Positions 36,460-50,560 of a DNA stretch of 64,000 nucleotides are shown one piece after another. The stretch is from positions 75,020,001 to 75,084,000 of the forward strand of contig OZ038379.1 in the NCBI GenBank assembly GCA_964036045.1, in the 5' to 3' direction. The stretch's first letter is position 1. Each line of letters begins with the position of its first letter. The stretch is from Eutreptiella sp. 'Long Island Sound 2002' (taxonomy: Eukaryota > Protista > Euglenida). A program made the translations under genes and the position numbers. The notes below the pieces were generated by a model. The model had not been told where the DNA came from. It was given only the letters and a program-made list of their open reading frames with translations, and searched no databases.

Positions 36460-38122
36460 GTTGTTGCACATCTCCGTCGCTTCCGCCTTGGGTATTGCCT
36501 TGGGTATTGTCCACTTGTTCCTATTTACTCGCGCCCTACATCAACCTTGGTGCCATCCCCCCCCCCCCTACACACCTAGTGGTCCACTCGATCATCACCT
36601 TCCGTGCCCCTCTTCAACCTGAGCTCCCCCAATCTCTGCCCGCCCACGAGCCCCACTGGACTCCCTCTTCTGCTCATCATCTACGTTTTGCCCTGCTTCC
36701 ACGTCCATGGTGTCGCCCACGTCGGTGCCACTCGGAAGCAAAGCATCGACGGACGTGCCTCCGGGACTCCACTTCCACCCGGTCGCTATTGTAGCCAGGG
36801 TTTCTAGGGAGCTCCAGCTCAGCCTGGCCCTCAGCCTTCATCGCCCCCTTGTCCGCATCCTATAGTCCATCAGTACTTGGTGCCCCCCGGGGCATCTCTT
36901 TTGGACCCCCAAACCGAGATACATCACCTCATATATGCACACAGTAATATTCCATTGCCACTAATAGCCGGCAACAGCACCCACGGTAAACCCCCTCGGT
37001 ACCCTACATATATAAGACTGTGTCCCCCACCTCAATGCAGCACCATGAGCTGACCCGTGGTAATTGTACATACCCTCTTATAATATAACACGAGGATCAA
37101 CAGGGGGGATGCCGGCCACCGCGCAGCATGAGAGGCACAACCCGTGAATATCGTTGGCTGCAATTCGGGCTTGTGGGTGCCGTAGCTTGGTTATCGACCC
37201 TCTGTAGGGATACCCCCCAGAGGTTCGCCCCGGGCTGTGCTAACCACGTTCACCTCATCTGGCCCACATACATTGCCCAGACGCCTACCCTTGACCCTTA
37301 CCTGCACTGGTTGGCCAGCTCCCGTGGTTGTGCCATCTCTGCCACAGCAGCGGTTAGGCCGCAGGCTCGGCATCCACCGACGACTTGGCATGTTACACCA
37401 TAGGCCCGTGCCTCAACCCCTAGACCTCTCATATAGGCACGCTGTACAATGGTACATCACGGGCCCGCCCATGCCATGTTCCCCCTGTGTAGCCCTGCAT
37501 GCTCGCAATCACCGCGCAGGCTATGCTTGCTGCTACTGCTAGTGTGTCGCCCCACCGCCCACTCGCACCGCCACCGGGGCATACCGCCACACCAGCGCGT
37601 TTGCCTATTACCCGCTAGTGCCTTTCCCCGTGCTCACAACCGCCATCTCCCCTGCCGCCTTGCTAGTGGCTTCGTGTGAAGAGGTCAAATGGTTAGGCTA
37701 TGTACATGCCCGCAAGCATTGGCCGTCTATCTTGTTTGTGCGGCCAGAAGATGCCCCAATACTCCCTCTGAGTTGCTTCAGGGGTTAGACGGACACGCCA
37801 GTACCTCCGTGAGTTGTTCCAGGGGTCACAGGACAACCCAGTACTCCCACCCAATCGTTTTTGGGACTTGTGGGCGGCCCCAATACCTCCGTGAGTTGGT
37901 CCTGGGCTCAGGGGACACCCCCGTACTCCCAGAGATTTGCTTCCGGGGCCCATGGGCAGCCCCAATACCTCCCTTGGTTGATCCTAGGGTCAGGGAACGC
38001 CCCAAGAATCCCACAGAATTTTTTCCGGGGACTAGTGGGCGGCCCCTATACCTCCGTGAGTTGGTCGTGAGGTCAAGGGAGACCCCCATACCCACGCAGA
38101 TTTTCTCGTGGGGCCCGTGGGT
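36460..38122. repeat. 3' module, partial copy (alpha type) with 41-bp minisatellite at 37760-38122
   Basis: 36460-36780 matches 16831-17150; 36795-38122 matches 46350-47602. Confidence 0.9.
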
Positions 38123-40510
38123 CCTCTAGGAACAGCTTGGCCTTCGTCGGGCCCCGTGATGATGCAGCCGTCATTGCCGCAAAGAGGAGCTTGAGTTATC
38201 CCGGGACCACTACTGCCATTAAGGACTCTGTCGACATGCATCCGTGCTCCTTCCAGGACATGAACTCCATGGCCTTGTCCGCGAGTGGCATGTCTGCAGT
38301 GAACTCCTCGACTTTCGCACAAAATAGCCATGCACCCGCTTCGTCCCTTTCGGACAGTATGCGCCAGTGACCCGTGTCTTCCTTCGGTCCCCCATAGAAT
38401 ATGCATTGAAGTGCAGGACTCACCGTGCGGGCGATGCTTTGCCGCCACTGATGCATGACTTGCATGGTGGCGAGGCAGCCGTCCCTTGCCCGCACCAGGT
38501 TCCGGTGTGTAGGGCCATGATGCCCCGTTCCTAGAGGCACAACTCTACAAGCACCAGCCAACGGCGTGTGGTCCCTGGAACACGCTGCCAACAAGTCCCA
38601 CACCACCTCTCTCACCTGCTAGAGGGCCCGCATGGAGGGCACATGAGGTTGTAGCACCCCACCTTGAGTAGGCACCAGGAGGGTTGCGTGCTCGTTGTGT
38701 AATATGAGGTGCACTGGCGGGGCCTTTGCGTGGGCTGCAGCGAAATCGGGTTCCTCCAGCGGGACCGCCGCCAGCTGTGAGCTCTCTGCCGTACCACCCA
38801 GTGATGGGGCCCTACAACTGTGCGTGGCAGTTGACACAGCCCCTCCACCAACCAGTTTAGTGCATGCTGATTGATGAGATTGCACGTTCGTCCTCTGATG
38901 CCGCGGTACAGGGCCTCCTGTGCCCTGCGCAGTTGCGCCCCAATGATGGAAGCATCCACGACGTGTACGATGAGGCCTGAAGCAGGTGTATGGAGTAGGT
39001 AAGCGGCTGCCCCGATGATCTGCGCCTCGGAAACCGTGCCACGGATGGCGACTGTCAACGTGGGGCTGCCGTGGGTCGCCACGGCCACATTGGTGACCCC
39101 ATCTTCGTGGGCACAGGCATCAGACGAGGTGACGTTCGCCGCCACTAGCACGCAGCAATACTTGTGGGGCTCCAGCCATGCCATACCCGAATGTGGGCTC
39201 ACCACGACTCTCCCTAGCAACGTTGCATTGGAAGGCGTCAACTCCGGGAAGAGGACGGCTTTCGGCTGATGCACTCCATGTGGCCGTCAGTGTACGTTGC
39301 ACCCGCATATGGACTTGATGGCGTCAAGCGCGGTGGTATACTCTGCTGCCCGCACGGTCGTGGATCTATGCGTCTGGCATACAACCACTGTTCCCTGCTC
39401 CACTGCCAGACCTTCGCGCAGCGAGGTGACAGCTACATGCGGGTCATGTGGCATCTTGTCGAACCTGACCACTTGCGGGACTCGGCGCGCATCGGCATTA
39501 GGGGCAGCGCCTGCGGGCAGCAGTAATACTACGGCCCAATCTGCCCCTGGTTCAACATGGAACGCTAACTTCCCGTGTACAACCCACAGAGGCGGAGGGT
39601 CAAGACCGCCTCCCGCATGTGGTGTAAGAAGGGGGACTTACGCCGGATCATCTTGTTGCCGATGACCATCAAAGACGTCTGTCCACAAGAACATCAGGGC
39701 GGCCAGGGGGACGAATGGCAGGGACGGCCGTGGACAGTCCGGATTCCAATCGTCTTCACTGTACCCGCCCACCACATATGCATCGCCCGTTGCGGACCGT
39801 CTTGTGCGCTTGGTGGCCTTCCTGTGCCGCACCGGATGAAGTAGACGATGGGTCGGGGGCCTAGGCATCCGGGACCGGAATACCGCTTGCAGACCCGTTA
39901 GCCATACGTGGTCTAGCATAGTGGGCACAACTCCCGCCTTAGGAAGGTGCAGATGGTCTTCATGACATTCCTGTAGGTGTACGGCCCAGTGTCCAGGCTC
40001 ATGGCATGGAAGCCGCGCGTGCAAGAGGTGATTTGCCGGATTCGTCAAGAACCTCACCGCCGCTTCCGTGCGGGGTCCAAACAGCACACAGACGTCTCTA
40101 CCCTTGAAGGTGTAGGACCGGGTCGCGCATTGCCGTCCGACCCATTGCACCTACGAAAGATGGGCGTGCACGCACAAGTACACCAACGACGGCATGAGGG
40201 GACGGACTCCAAGCGCTGCCAACGCTCTGAGCACTCGGTTGACCCACGTGTCTCCTACATGCAATGCGAACACCGCGGACGGAACCATGAACTGCCCGCA
40301 CACCCCAAACCGCGTGTGCACGTTGTCAAGCAGGGCTCGCAATTCACCTTTGATCACACCCGAGCGATGATGCGTGAGCTCAGCCAAAGTCACCACCAGG
40401 GAGTCATGGCAGAGGACCCGAATATCCGCCAACTTAAGCCCTTGACAACACCGGACCACCACATTGGTCGGCTCTTTGGGCAGGGCTGGGGAAGAAATAC
40501 ACCCTCGCAA
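38123..40510 (-). mobile_element. LINE copy alpha-1: thumb, RNase H and knuckle; C-terminal part deleted
   Basis: VTSSDACAHEDG, EAQIIGAA, WMDASII and CIFYGGPKEDTGH are homologous to LINE-A. Confidence 0.88.
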
Positions 40511-43500
40511 ACCACCTAAGGCACTAATGCATGCCTCCATCGGCACCCACAACATAGCATGCTCTTGTGGCAACACCAAATGGGTTGGAAGGGAAGAGGA
40601 TGCGCTCCCCGCAAATTTTGGCTCTTTTAGCAGAACGGCTGACAATTGAGAGCTCTGGCGTGCCACAAATTTATGTGGCCCACCAACCTTTAGTCGCAGG
40701 CGCCGCAACCCCTCTACAGCCCTATTCAAAGGTTGCGGACTCACAAACAGACGGGCCCTTTGATGCCACACTACAAGGTCACTTGCGCCCTACGAAGGTG
40801 CGCAAACCACCAACCCAGAGGAGCTCAGAGCACGTGCATTACTGCCCTCATGATCTCCCCGTTCAGCACTGTGCCATGATTGACGCCCGTCCCATTTGGG
40901 TTGTCGTGGACCGCAACAGCCAACTTGGGAACACCCTCCACTAGCGGCGATGCACCTGACGACGTGACACAGGAGCCAGCCAGCAGTAAGTGTGGGGCTC
41001 CATCCACGCAACATTGGATTAGGGCTGGTCACGATCAGCCCCAATGCCGCCGTTGCAACGGACAAATTGGGGAAGAAGTGCGCCACCGGCTTGTGTAAAG
41101 CATGAGCATCCGCTCGCATGCACCAATCCCTCGCCCGTTGTTGCACATCTTCGTCGCTTCTGCCTTGGGTATTGCCTTGCGTATTGTCCACTTGTTCCTA
41201 TTTACTCGTGCCCTACATCAACCTTGGTGCCATTTTCCACCCCATACACACCTAGTGGTCCACTCGATCATCACCTTCCGCGCCCACCTTCAACCTTAGC
41301 TCCCCCAATCTCTGCCCGCCCACGAGCCCCACTGGACTCCCTCTTCTCCTCATCATCTACGTTTTGCCCTGCTTCCACGTCCATGGTGTCGCACACCTCT
41401 GTGCCACTCGCAAGCAAAGCATCATCGGCCGTGCCTCCGGGATTCCACTTCCACCCATTCGCTGTTCCGCGTCCTTTGCCGCCCCATCCCCTTATGCCAC
41501 CAACAAGCACCCCGCATCCTACACGCTTCCCCCCTACCGCTGCGCCTCCTCCATGCCCTCTTCAAACATCACCCCGTGTCCTAGGATTGCAGCGCCACCG
41601 CCCCTCCGAGTCCCCTTGGACTCTGCTGTGTGTTCCATCAGCTACTCCTCCGTGGCCACATGTACATCAATGTCTGGAGAGCCGCCCCACTCCGGCGACC
41701 ACCCGTTGTGCGCGCATCCTTCCCCGTAGATAAGCAGTGCCATCGGCATCGGCGCCCCCTGCGTCGGCACCGGTCCTCCCACCGCATGGGGACGATCACC
41801 AACATAGATACATACATACACACACACATACATACATACATACATAGTCATAGTCATAGTCATAACCACTTATCATGCCGTCTACTGGAGTTACTGGCCA
41901 TCTCACACCGACACGTGGTTCCTATGTCGCTCAATCCCGTGGGTCTTAGGGCTGCCTTAGCCGGCCATTTGCATGACGCAACACCCGGAGGACCGGGGAT
42001 ACCAGCCAACCAGGGTTTGGGGGCAGTGGCAGCTGCAGGCTGTTAGCATTAGAAACGGCGACGAGCGCTGTCTCGTTGGACTGCCGGGGGTGAAGGGGCA
42101 AGGCATGCCAATGCAGGTGCATAGCAACAAGCAGAAAGCAAGGGCGCCTCCTATGGGTGCAACGCAGCAGCTAAGAAACAAAGCAGCATACACGCCGCGA
42201 AGCAAGTGCTGGCCCCATCACGGTGTCCATCCCTGGTACCCTTAGACTGCTCATCCCCTCGGACCATGTACACCCTGCAACCGGTAGCACACGTGCATAA
42301 GTCCAAAGACGCACAGCAAGGGTTTCTGGGGAGCTCCAGCCTAGCCTGGCCCTCAGCCTTCATTGCCCCCATGTCCGAATCGTACAGGCCGTCAATACTA
42401 TGAGCCCACCCCGGGCACCCCACAAACAGATATACACCATTGTATATAAGCACACGATACTACTCCATCGTCACCAGTAGCTAAGAGCCGCGCTCGTGGT
42501 GTACTCCCATCGGAGCCCACATATATAGAGGACTGGTACCCTCTCCCTGAGACCCTGACCTGAGGTGATCCGTGGTATTTGTACATACGCTCTTGTAATA
42601 TATCAGGAAGGTCCACAGGGGGGCTGCTGGCCACCCCGTAGCGTAGGCAAAACCAGTGAATATCGCTAGCTTGGATTCGGGCTAGCGGGTGCCGTAGCTT
42701 GGTTATCGACCCCCTGTAGGGGTACCCAGCAAAGGTTCGCCCCGGGCCGTGGTAAACAGGTTCACCTCATGTGGCCCACATACATTGCCCTGACGCCTAC
42801 CCTTGACCCTTACCTGCACTAATTGCCCAGTTCCCGTGGTTGTGCCATCTCCGCCACAACGGCGGCCGGACTGCAAGTTCAGCATCCACGGAAAACGTGG
42901 CATGCCTACTTATAGCACAGGCCTGTGCCTCACCCCCTAGACCTCTCGTATAGACACAGTGTACAACGATACATCAAGCGCGCTCATGGCATGTTCCCCC
43001 AATCTAGTTCTGCGTGTCCGCTGCCACGGCATAGACTATGCGTGCTGCTTCTGTCTGTGGGACGCCCCACCGCCTGTTCGCTCCGCCGCCGGGCCATACC
43101 GCCACACCACCGCATTGGTCTATTACCCGCGGGTGTCTTTCCCCGCGCTCTCAACCGCCACAACTCCCGCCGCCGTGCTACTAGTTTTACGTGTAGAGGT
43201 CAGATGGTTAGGCTATCTACACGCCCGCACCCATTGTCCCTCTAGTTTGTTTGAGGGGCCAGGGAATGCCCCAGTACTCCCTATGAGTTGTTCCGGGGGT
43301 CAACGGGACACCCCAGTAACACCATGAGTACCCCGAGAGGTTACGAAACACCCCAGTATTCCCACTGAATTGATTCTGGGGCCCGTGGGCGGCCTCTGTT
43401 CCTCCGTGACTTCGTCCCGGCGTCCGGGGACGCCCCCGTAGTCCCACTAACTTTCCTCCGGGGCCCAAGGGCGCCCCCAATGCCTCCTTGGCTCAACCAT

Positions 43501-46240
43501 TCGCGTCTTGCTTGTAGCAGCCCCACTCCATGCGGCGCCTGGCCTGCCGAGCTGCTACCCAGCTGATACATGTGGCGCGGGCACAGGGACGCTCACGTAT
43601 TCATCCAACCCCCAGAGTAACCTGACAACGAACCCCCGTGACTGCCGTAACTGGGCCGCCAGTAGAGACCCTGGTGCCATGGGAATACCCAACAGGGGTT
43701 TGGGCCTTTTTACCCTGGTCAGGGCGACCCGTGACACCTCACTTTAGTATGCGGCGAGCCGGGGCAGGCGGGTGTAGCCTCACTTCACTAGTTGAACTGC
43801 GTGTGCGGATGCGGCATAGTGCACTATCAAGCTTACACCACCTGCCACATCGCGTTGGCCGTCATATCACATCTGCCGTCGCCGCACACAAAGGCTGGTA
43901 GGGGACCACTTGTAAAATGCCACCACCACTTCCGCGTCCATCAGGTGGGCAACACCTGGCGCGTCCAGCATCTTTGCACCTGGCCACGCAGGATCACCCC
44001 CGATACCAATAGCTCCCCTACAAAATTACTCGGTGATGAGAGCCACAGTACTCGTGAGTCACCGTCTAGCGCAGCCTACCACAGCAGCAGGGGCAGTGCC
44101 GCATTCGGGTCTTTTGGGCATCGCACTCAATCCATGTGGACACCCCGCAAGTCACGCTGAATCGCCTTCCACGCACCTGACGACAGTTGTCCTCCGTGGC
44201 GTAGCGCCCATTTGGCTTTGGGCCACCCCTTACCGGCGGGCTCTGGGCATGACCAACAAAGTGGGATAGAGGCACGCTGATGCACCCGTACCGGCGCCGT
44301 TTCTCCGCACCCGCTGCACTTTAGCGGGAGCACCGACCGTGATGGGACACAGCCACCTTCACAGCATTGAGACCACAGATCCTGCCATACATCCGTGCAG
44401 GCCCCATGGTGGCGGAGAAGCGCACTTGCCAGTGCACCAGCAATGGCACTACGGAGCAGGCTCTGCTTCGACTGGTCCCACGTGGACGCCGGGACGAGAA
44501 CCGGTTGTCCATCCAATTTCCCCGAGAGGTATTGGAGTAGCCGGGGCCACCGCACTGCTTAGAGACTTGGTATGCCCCCCGCCAGGAGCCTCCACCCATA
44601 GTCATGCACAATCTCCCCGATGATGTCCATCCTGGCTTGACCGGGGCTTGGGACCAATGCGACAACCAATCGCTGTCCCGCAGACTGGGTCTCGACCACC
44701 GACCCAAGGTCCAAGGCATACAACCTATAACGGGCGTCCACAGCCACGTTGTCATCCCCTTTTGGCAATGATAACAGCACCTCCTTGACGCATTGCAGCG
44801 CGTCGTCCCCCTAGACCCGCGCAAGCTGCTTGGACCCTACCAGAACTGCCATGGACCTTTGCCCCTCCGCCACCGGAATGATCCTCTGTAGGCACCGGTC
44901 ACACAGCCACAATCGCCCCACGGCCAACACAGTGGCCAGTGCCAGAACTAGGAGGGAGCACAACGGTTGCTGGAGGACTGGTAGCAGTTCACAGGGCGAG
45001 CCCATTACGTTTCCGACTGCAGGATGGTTTGCAAACACTTGTAGCCAGGGTTCGCAATGACCATCTCCTTCGCGCACCATGGTACCACGGATGGTGGCCC
45101 AGGACTGTGCGGACACCGTACGGGACCGCTCTCCGAATGCGGGGAATTCTTGGGCTACCAAGCATTCCATCCATTGGCTAAAGGCCTGCGCCGCCGCCGC
45201 CATCCATGGCGAAACGTGGACATGGCCTCAGCGTGTGTCATGTACTACGTGGACACCAACAACGCATGCGGTTGCGCCCTCTGAAAGGCCGCATGCAGGC
45301 TGCCTGGGAGGCCATCGAAAGGGTTCCACAGCAGCAACGGCCTAACCCTTGGGGCCGGCGGACAGAAGGGGGTATCACCTCGCAGGAATGCATATGCGGC
45401 CTTCCTCCGATCGCGCAGCGGCAGTTGCATAATCTTGGTGAGCCGATGATTCATCCAGGCGTAACCATCTTCCCCAATCTGCATCATGTCCTCCGGGAAT
45501 AGCTTGGCCTTCGCGGGGCCCCGGGACAACGCAGCACTCACTTCCGCAAAGACCCGCTTGAGTTCTCCCGGAACTCCTCGTGTCATCAAGGACTCCGTCC
45601 ACCTGCATCCGTGGTCTTTCCAAGACATGATCTCCTGGGCTTTGTCCGGCAGTGGTAGATCCGGAGTGAACTCCTGAACCTTCGCACACAAGAGTCGCGC
45701 CACCGCTTCGTCCCTTTCACACAGTATGCGCCTGTGGCCGGTGTCATGTTCGGGCCCTCCACAGAAGATGCAGGGAAGCGCCGGAATCACCGTACAGGTG
45801 ACTTTCTGCCGCCACCGTTGCATGACTTGCTTGGTGCGGAGGCGGCTGTCCCGTGCGCGAAGCAGGTCTCGGTGTGTAGGGCCATGATGCAACGCTCCCA
45901 AAGGCACCGCCTCACAAGCACTAGCAAAGGGCGTGTGGGCCCTGCTGCGCGCCGCCACTGCGATCCACACCGCCTCCCTAACCTTCTAGAGGGCTTGCAT
46001 GGAGGGCGCATGTGGTTTTAGCACTCCATCTTCCTTACGCACCAGGAGGGTTGCATTTTCCTTTGGCAACAGGAGGTGCACGGGCGGGGCCTTCGCGCAG
46101 GCCGCAGCGAAGTCCGTTTACTCAAGTGCGAGCTATGGGGCCCTACAACTCTGCATGGCAGTTAGCGCAGCACCTCCACGATCCAATTCAACGCGTGTTG
46201 GTTGACTAAATGGGAGGTTGGTCCTTTGACGCCGCGGTCC
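40511..46240 (-). mobile_element. LINE copy beta-1 with full 3' module (40511-43640), truncated within RNase H at ~46240
   Basis: CIFCGGPEHDTGHRRILC, AWMNHRL and the C-terminal extension; near-duplicate of 50560-56865. Confidence 0.9.
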
Positions 46241-46349
46241 AACGCGCCGCGTCCCGGTGTCTCTCCTGAATGTCCTATCCGGTGTCATCCCCTCGGCCTG
46301 CATGCACCCCATAACCGGTAACACACGTGCAAAAATCCATGGACGTGTA

Positions 46350-49300
46350 TCCAGGGTTTCTAGGGAGCTCCAGCTCAGCCTAGCCCTCAGCCTTCATCGC
46401 CCCCTTGTCCGCATCCTATAGTCCATCAGTACTTGGTGCCCCCCGGGGCATCTCTTTTGGACCCCCAAACCGAGATACATCACCTCATATATGCACACAG
46501 TAATATTCCATTGCCACTAATAGCCGGCAACAGCACCCACGGTGAACCCCCTCGGTACCCTACATATATAAGACTGTGTCCCGCACCTCAATGGAGCACC
46601 ATGAGCTGACCCGTGGTAATTGTACATACCCTCTTATAATATAACACGAGGGCTTGTGCGTCCCGTAGCTTGGTTATCGACCCCCTGTAGGGATACCCAC
46701 CAGAGGTTCGCCCCGCACTGTGCTAACCAGGTTCACCTCATCTGGCCCACATACATTGCCCAGACACCTACCCTTGACCCTTACCTGCACTGGTTGGCCA
46801 GCTCCCGCGGTGGTGCCATCTCCGCCACAACAGCGGTTAGGCTGCAGGTTCGGCATCCAGCGACGACGTGGCATGTTACACCATAGGCCCGTGCCTCGCC
46901 CCCTAGACCCCCATATAGGCACGGTGTACAATGGTACATCACGGGCCGCCCATGCCATGTTCCCCCTGTGTAGCCCTGCATGCTCGCAACCACCGCGCAG
47001 GCTATGCTTGCTGCTACTGCCAGTGTGTCGCCCCACCGCCCACTCGCACCGCCACCGGGGCATACCGCCACACCACCGCGTTTGCCTATTACCCGCTAGT
47101 GCCTTTCCCCGCGCTCACAACCGCCATCTCCTCTGCCGCCCTGCTAGTGGCTTCGTGTGAAGAGGTCAAATGGTTAGGCTATGTACATGCCCGCAGGCAT
47201 TGGCCGTCTATCTTGTTTGTGCGGCCAGAAGATGCCCCAATACTCCCTCTGAGTTGCTTCAGGGGTTAGACGGACACGCCAGTACCTCCGTGAGTTGTTC
47301 CAGGGGTCACAGGACAACCCAGTACTCCCACCCAATTGTTTTTGGGACCCGTGGGCGGCCCCAATACCTCCGTGAGTTGGTCTTGGGCTCAGGGGACACC
47401 CCCGTACTCCCAGAGATTTGCTTCCGGGGCCCATGGGCGGCCCCAATACCTCCCTGGGTTGATCCTAGGGTAAGGGAACGCCCCAAGACTCCCACAGAAT
47501 TGTTTCTGGGACTAGTGGGCGACCACTATACCTCCGTGAGTTGGTCCTCAGGTCAAGGGAGACCCCCATACCCACGCAGATTTTCTCGTGGGGCCCGTGG
47601 GTAGCCCAAATACCTCCCCGAGTTGGTCTTGGGGTCAGGGGACACCCTTATACCCCCACTGAGTTTCTTCCGGGGCGTGTGGGCCACCCCAGTACCTGCT
47701 TGAGTTGTTCCCGGGGTCTAGGGGCACCCCCATAGTGGCATCCCCCCGCTGCTAGGCCGGACACAGGTACACCTGTCCAACCCTCAACGCCGGCCTCCGA
47801 CGTCCAGACCCATGTCCTTCTCCAGCCACCATTCGTCTCTAACTTGTAGCACCCTCACATAACGCATGCCGCCACCCATGCGGTTGTGACTCCATGCGCC
47901 GCCCGACCTATCGAGCTGCTACCCGCAGCCCATGCTCAACACCAGTGCGCAAGCAGAGGGACATGTGTGTATCCACTTAACCCCCAAGAGTAACTTGAGG
48001 ATGAACGCCCGTGACTGCCGTAACCGGGCTGCCAGTACAAGCCCCGGTGCCATGGGAATACCCTACAGGGGTTTGGGCCTTATTAGCTAGGTTGGGACGA
48101 CCCATGACTCCTCACTATTGTATGCGGCAACCCGGGGCAGGCCGGCGTAGCCATACTTCATCACTCGAACCGCGCGTGCGGAGGCGGTACTGTGCACTCT
48201 GAGGCCGGCACGAACTGCAACGTCGGTGTGGCCGTCGTTTCACGCCCGCCGTTGCCGCACGAACAGGCTGGTAGGAGGCCACGTCTCATATGCTATCTCC
48301 ACCTCTGCGTGCACGAGACGGACAAGAGTCGGCATACCTCCTACTGTTGTGCCTGGTCATACATCATCACCCATGAAACCTGTGATTCCCCTACAAAACC
48401 CCTGTGTGATGCCAGAGCCACATAACTCGGGAGTCAGCGTCCAACGCAGCCCACCATAACTGCAAGGGAAGTGCCGCAGTCACATCAGCTGGGCATGGCA
48501 CTTCATCCACGTGTATACCCCGCAAGTCGCGCTCAATCGCCCTCCACGCAATCGACGACAGGTGTCCTAAGTGCCGAAGCGCCCACCTGGCTTTGGGCCA
48601 CCCTGTGCCAGCGCGCTCTCAGCATGGCACACATAGTGGGATAGAGGCACACTGGTGCACCCATACCGGCGCCGTATCGCCGCACCTGCTGCACAATAGC
48701 GGAAGAACGGACTGAGATGGGACACAGCCGCCTTCGCAGCGTTGAGACCACAAGTCCTGCCCTACATCATTGAAGCCCTCGTAGTGGCGGAGAAGTGCAC
48801 CCGCCAATGCCGAGCGGTAGCACTACCGAGTAGGCTCTACTTCACCCGGTCCCATTTGAAGCTGTGGCTAGAACCGGCGGTCCGTCCTATCCTCTCGAGA
48901 GGTATTGGAGCAGCCGGGGCCACAACACTGCCCGGAGACTCGGTTTGTCCCCCGCCAATAGCCTCGATCCATAGTCTTGCGCTATCTCCACGATGACTTC
49001 TACCCTTGCTGGACGGGGACTCTGAGACGACACGGTCGCGAATCGCTGCCCCCAAAACTGGGCCCGGACCACCGGCTCAAGGTCGAAGGTATCCAACGTG
49101 TGATGGGCGTTTGCTAACGCGTTGTCATCCCCATCCGGCACCGACAGCAGCACCTCCGTGATGTGACCAGGCACGTTGTCTCCCTGGATCCGCGCAAGTT
49201 ATTTGGATCCCACTAGGACCGCCATGCACGTTTGCCCCTTCGCCACCAGGACAACCCTCCGTAGCTGCGAGTCATACAGCCACAGTTCCCCACGTCCAAC

Positions 49301-50560
49301 ACGGTGGCTACCGCTAGAACCGGGAGTGAGCACAACGGTTGTTGGAAGATGGGCAGTACTTCACGGGGCCAACTCATGATGCTCCCGACTGCAAGATGGC
49401 CGACGAAAACCTTACGCCACGGTTCGTTATGGCCATGTGAGTCGCGTACCATGGTACCGCGGATGATGGCCCAGGACTGCGCGGACACTTCACGGGACCG
49501 CGCCCGAAAAGTGCGGAAGCCTTGGGCTACCGAGGATTCGATCCATGGGCTAAAGGTCTGCGCCGCCGCTGCCATCCACTGAGGGAATGTGGACATGGCC
49601 TCGGTGTGAGTAATGTACCACTTGGACACGAGTAACGCGTGCAGCGGTGCCCGCTGAAATGCTGCCCGAAGGCTGCCTGGGAGGCCATCGAAATGGTTCC
49701 ACAGCGGCAGGTGCCTAACCCTTCCAGCCGGCGGACAGAAGGGCGTATCACCTCACGGGAATGCATATGCAGCCTTGCTCCAATCTTCCAGCGGCAGTTG
49801 CATGATCTTGGTGAGTCGATGATTTCTCCGGGCGTAACCATCCGCCAATTTGGATGGTGTCCTCTAGGAACAGTTTGGCCTTCGTCGGGTCCCTGTGATG
49901 ATGCGGCCGTCACTGCCGCAAAGAGGACTACCGCTTGCAGACCCGTTAGCCATACGTGGTCTAGCATAGTGGGCACAACTCCCGCCTTAGGAAGGTGCAG
50001 ATGGTCTTCATGACATTCGTGTAGGTGTACGGCCCAGTGTCCAGGCTCATGGCATGGTCGCCGCGCGTGCAAGAGGTGATTCGCCGGATTCGTCAAGAAC
50101 CTCACCGCCGCTTCGGTGCGGGGTCCAAACAGCACACAGACGTCTCTACCCTTGAAGTTGTAGGACCGGGTCGCGCATTGCCGTCCGACCCATTGCACCT
50201 ACGAAAGATGGGCGTGCACGCACAAGTACACCAACGACGGCATGAGCAGACGGACTCCAAGCGCTCCCAACGCTCAGAGCACTCGGTTGACCCACGTGTC
50301 TCCTACATGCAATGCGAACACCGCGGACGGAACCATGAACTGCCCGCACACCCCAAACCGCGTGTGCAGGTCGTCAAGCATGGCTCGCAATTCACCTTTG
50401 ATCACACCCGAGCAATGATGCGTGAGCTCAGCCAAAGTCACCACCAGGGAGTCACGACAGAGGACCCAAATATCCGCCAACTTAAGCCCTTGACCACACC
50501 GGACCACCACATTGGTCGGCTCTTTGGGCAGGGCTGGGGAAGAAATACACCCTCGCAGAC
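46350..50560 (-). mobile_element. LINE copy alpha-2 with partial 3' module; RNase H and knuckle deleted
   Basis: 46350-47602 matches 36795-38122; 49929-50560 matches 39881-40510; 48000-49860 is the C-terminal extension. Confidence 0.88.

Larger units (their letters stand above)
19300..36460 (-). mobile_element. LINE-A: giant non-LTR retrotransposon, inactivated by stops, frameshifts and a nested insertion; 5' end not seen
   Basis: Co-oriented CCCH, protease, APE, RT, RNase H and CCHC motifs in chained minus-strand ORFs (listed individually). Confidence 0.92.

Noticed and set aside
16190-36780. LTR retrotransposon with the repeated module as LTRs
   Set aside because: The RT is non-LTR type with APE; I saw no integrase, aspartic protease, PBS or TG...CA ends; the repeats have unequal boundaries.
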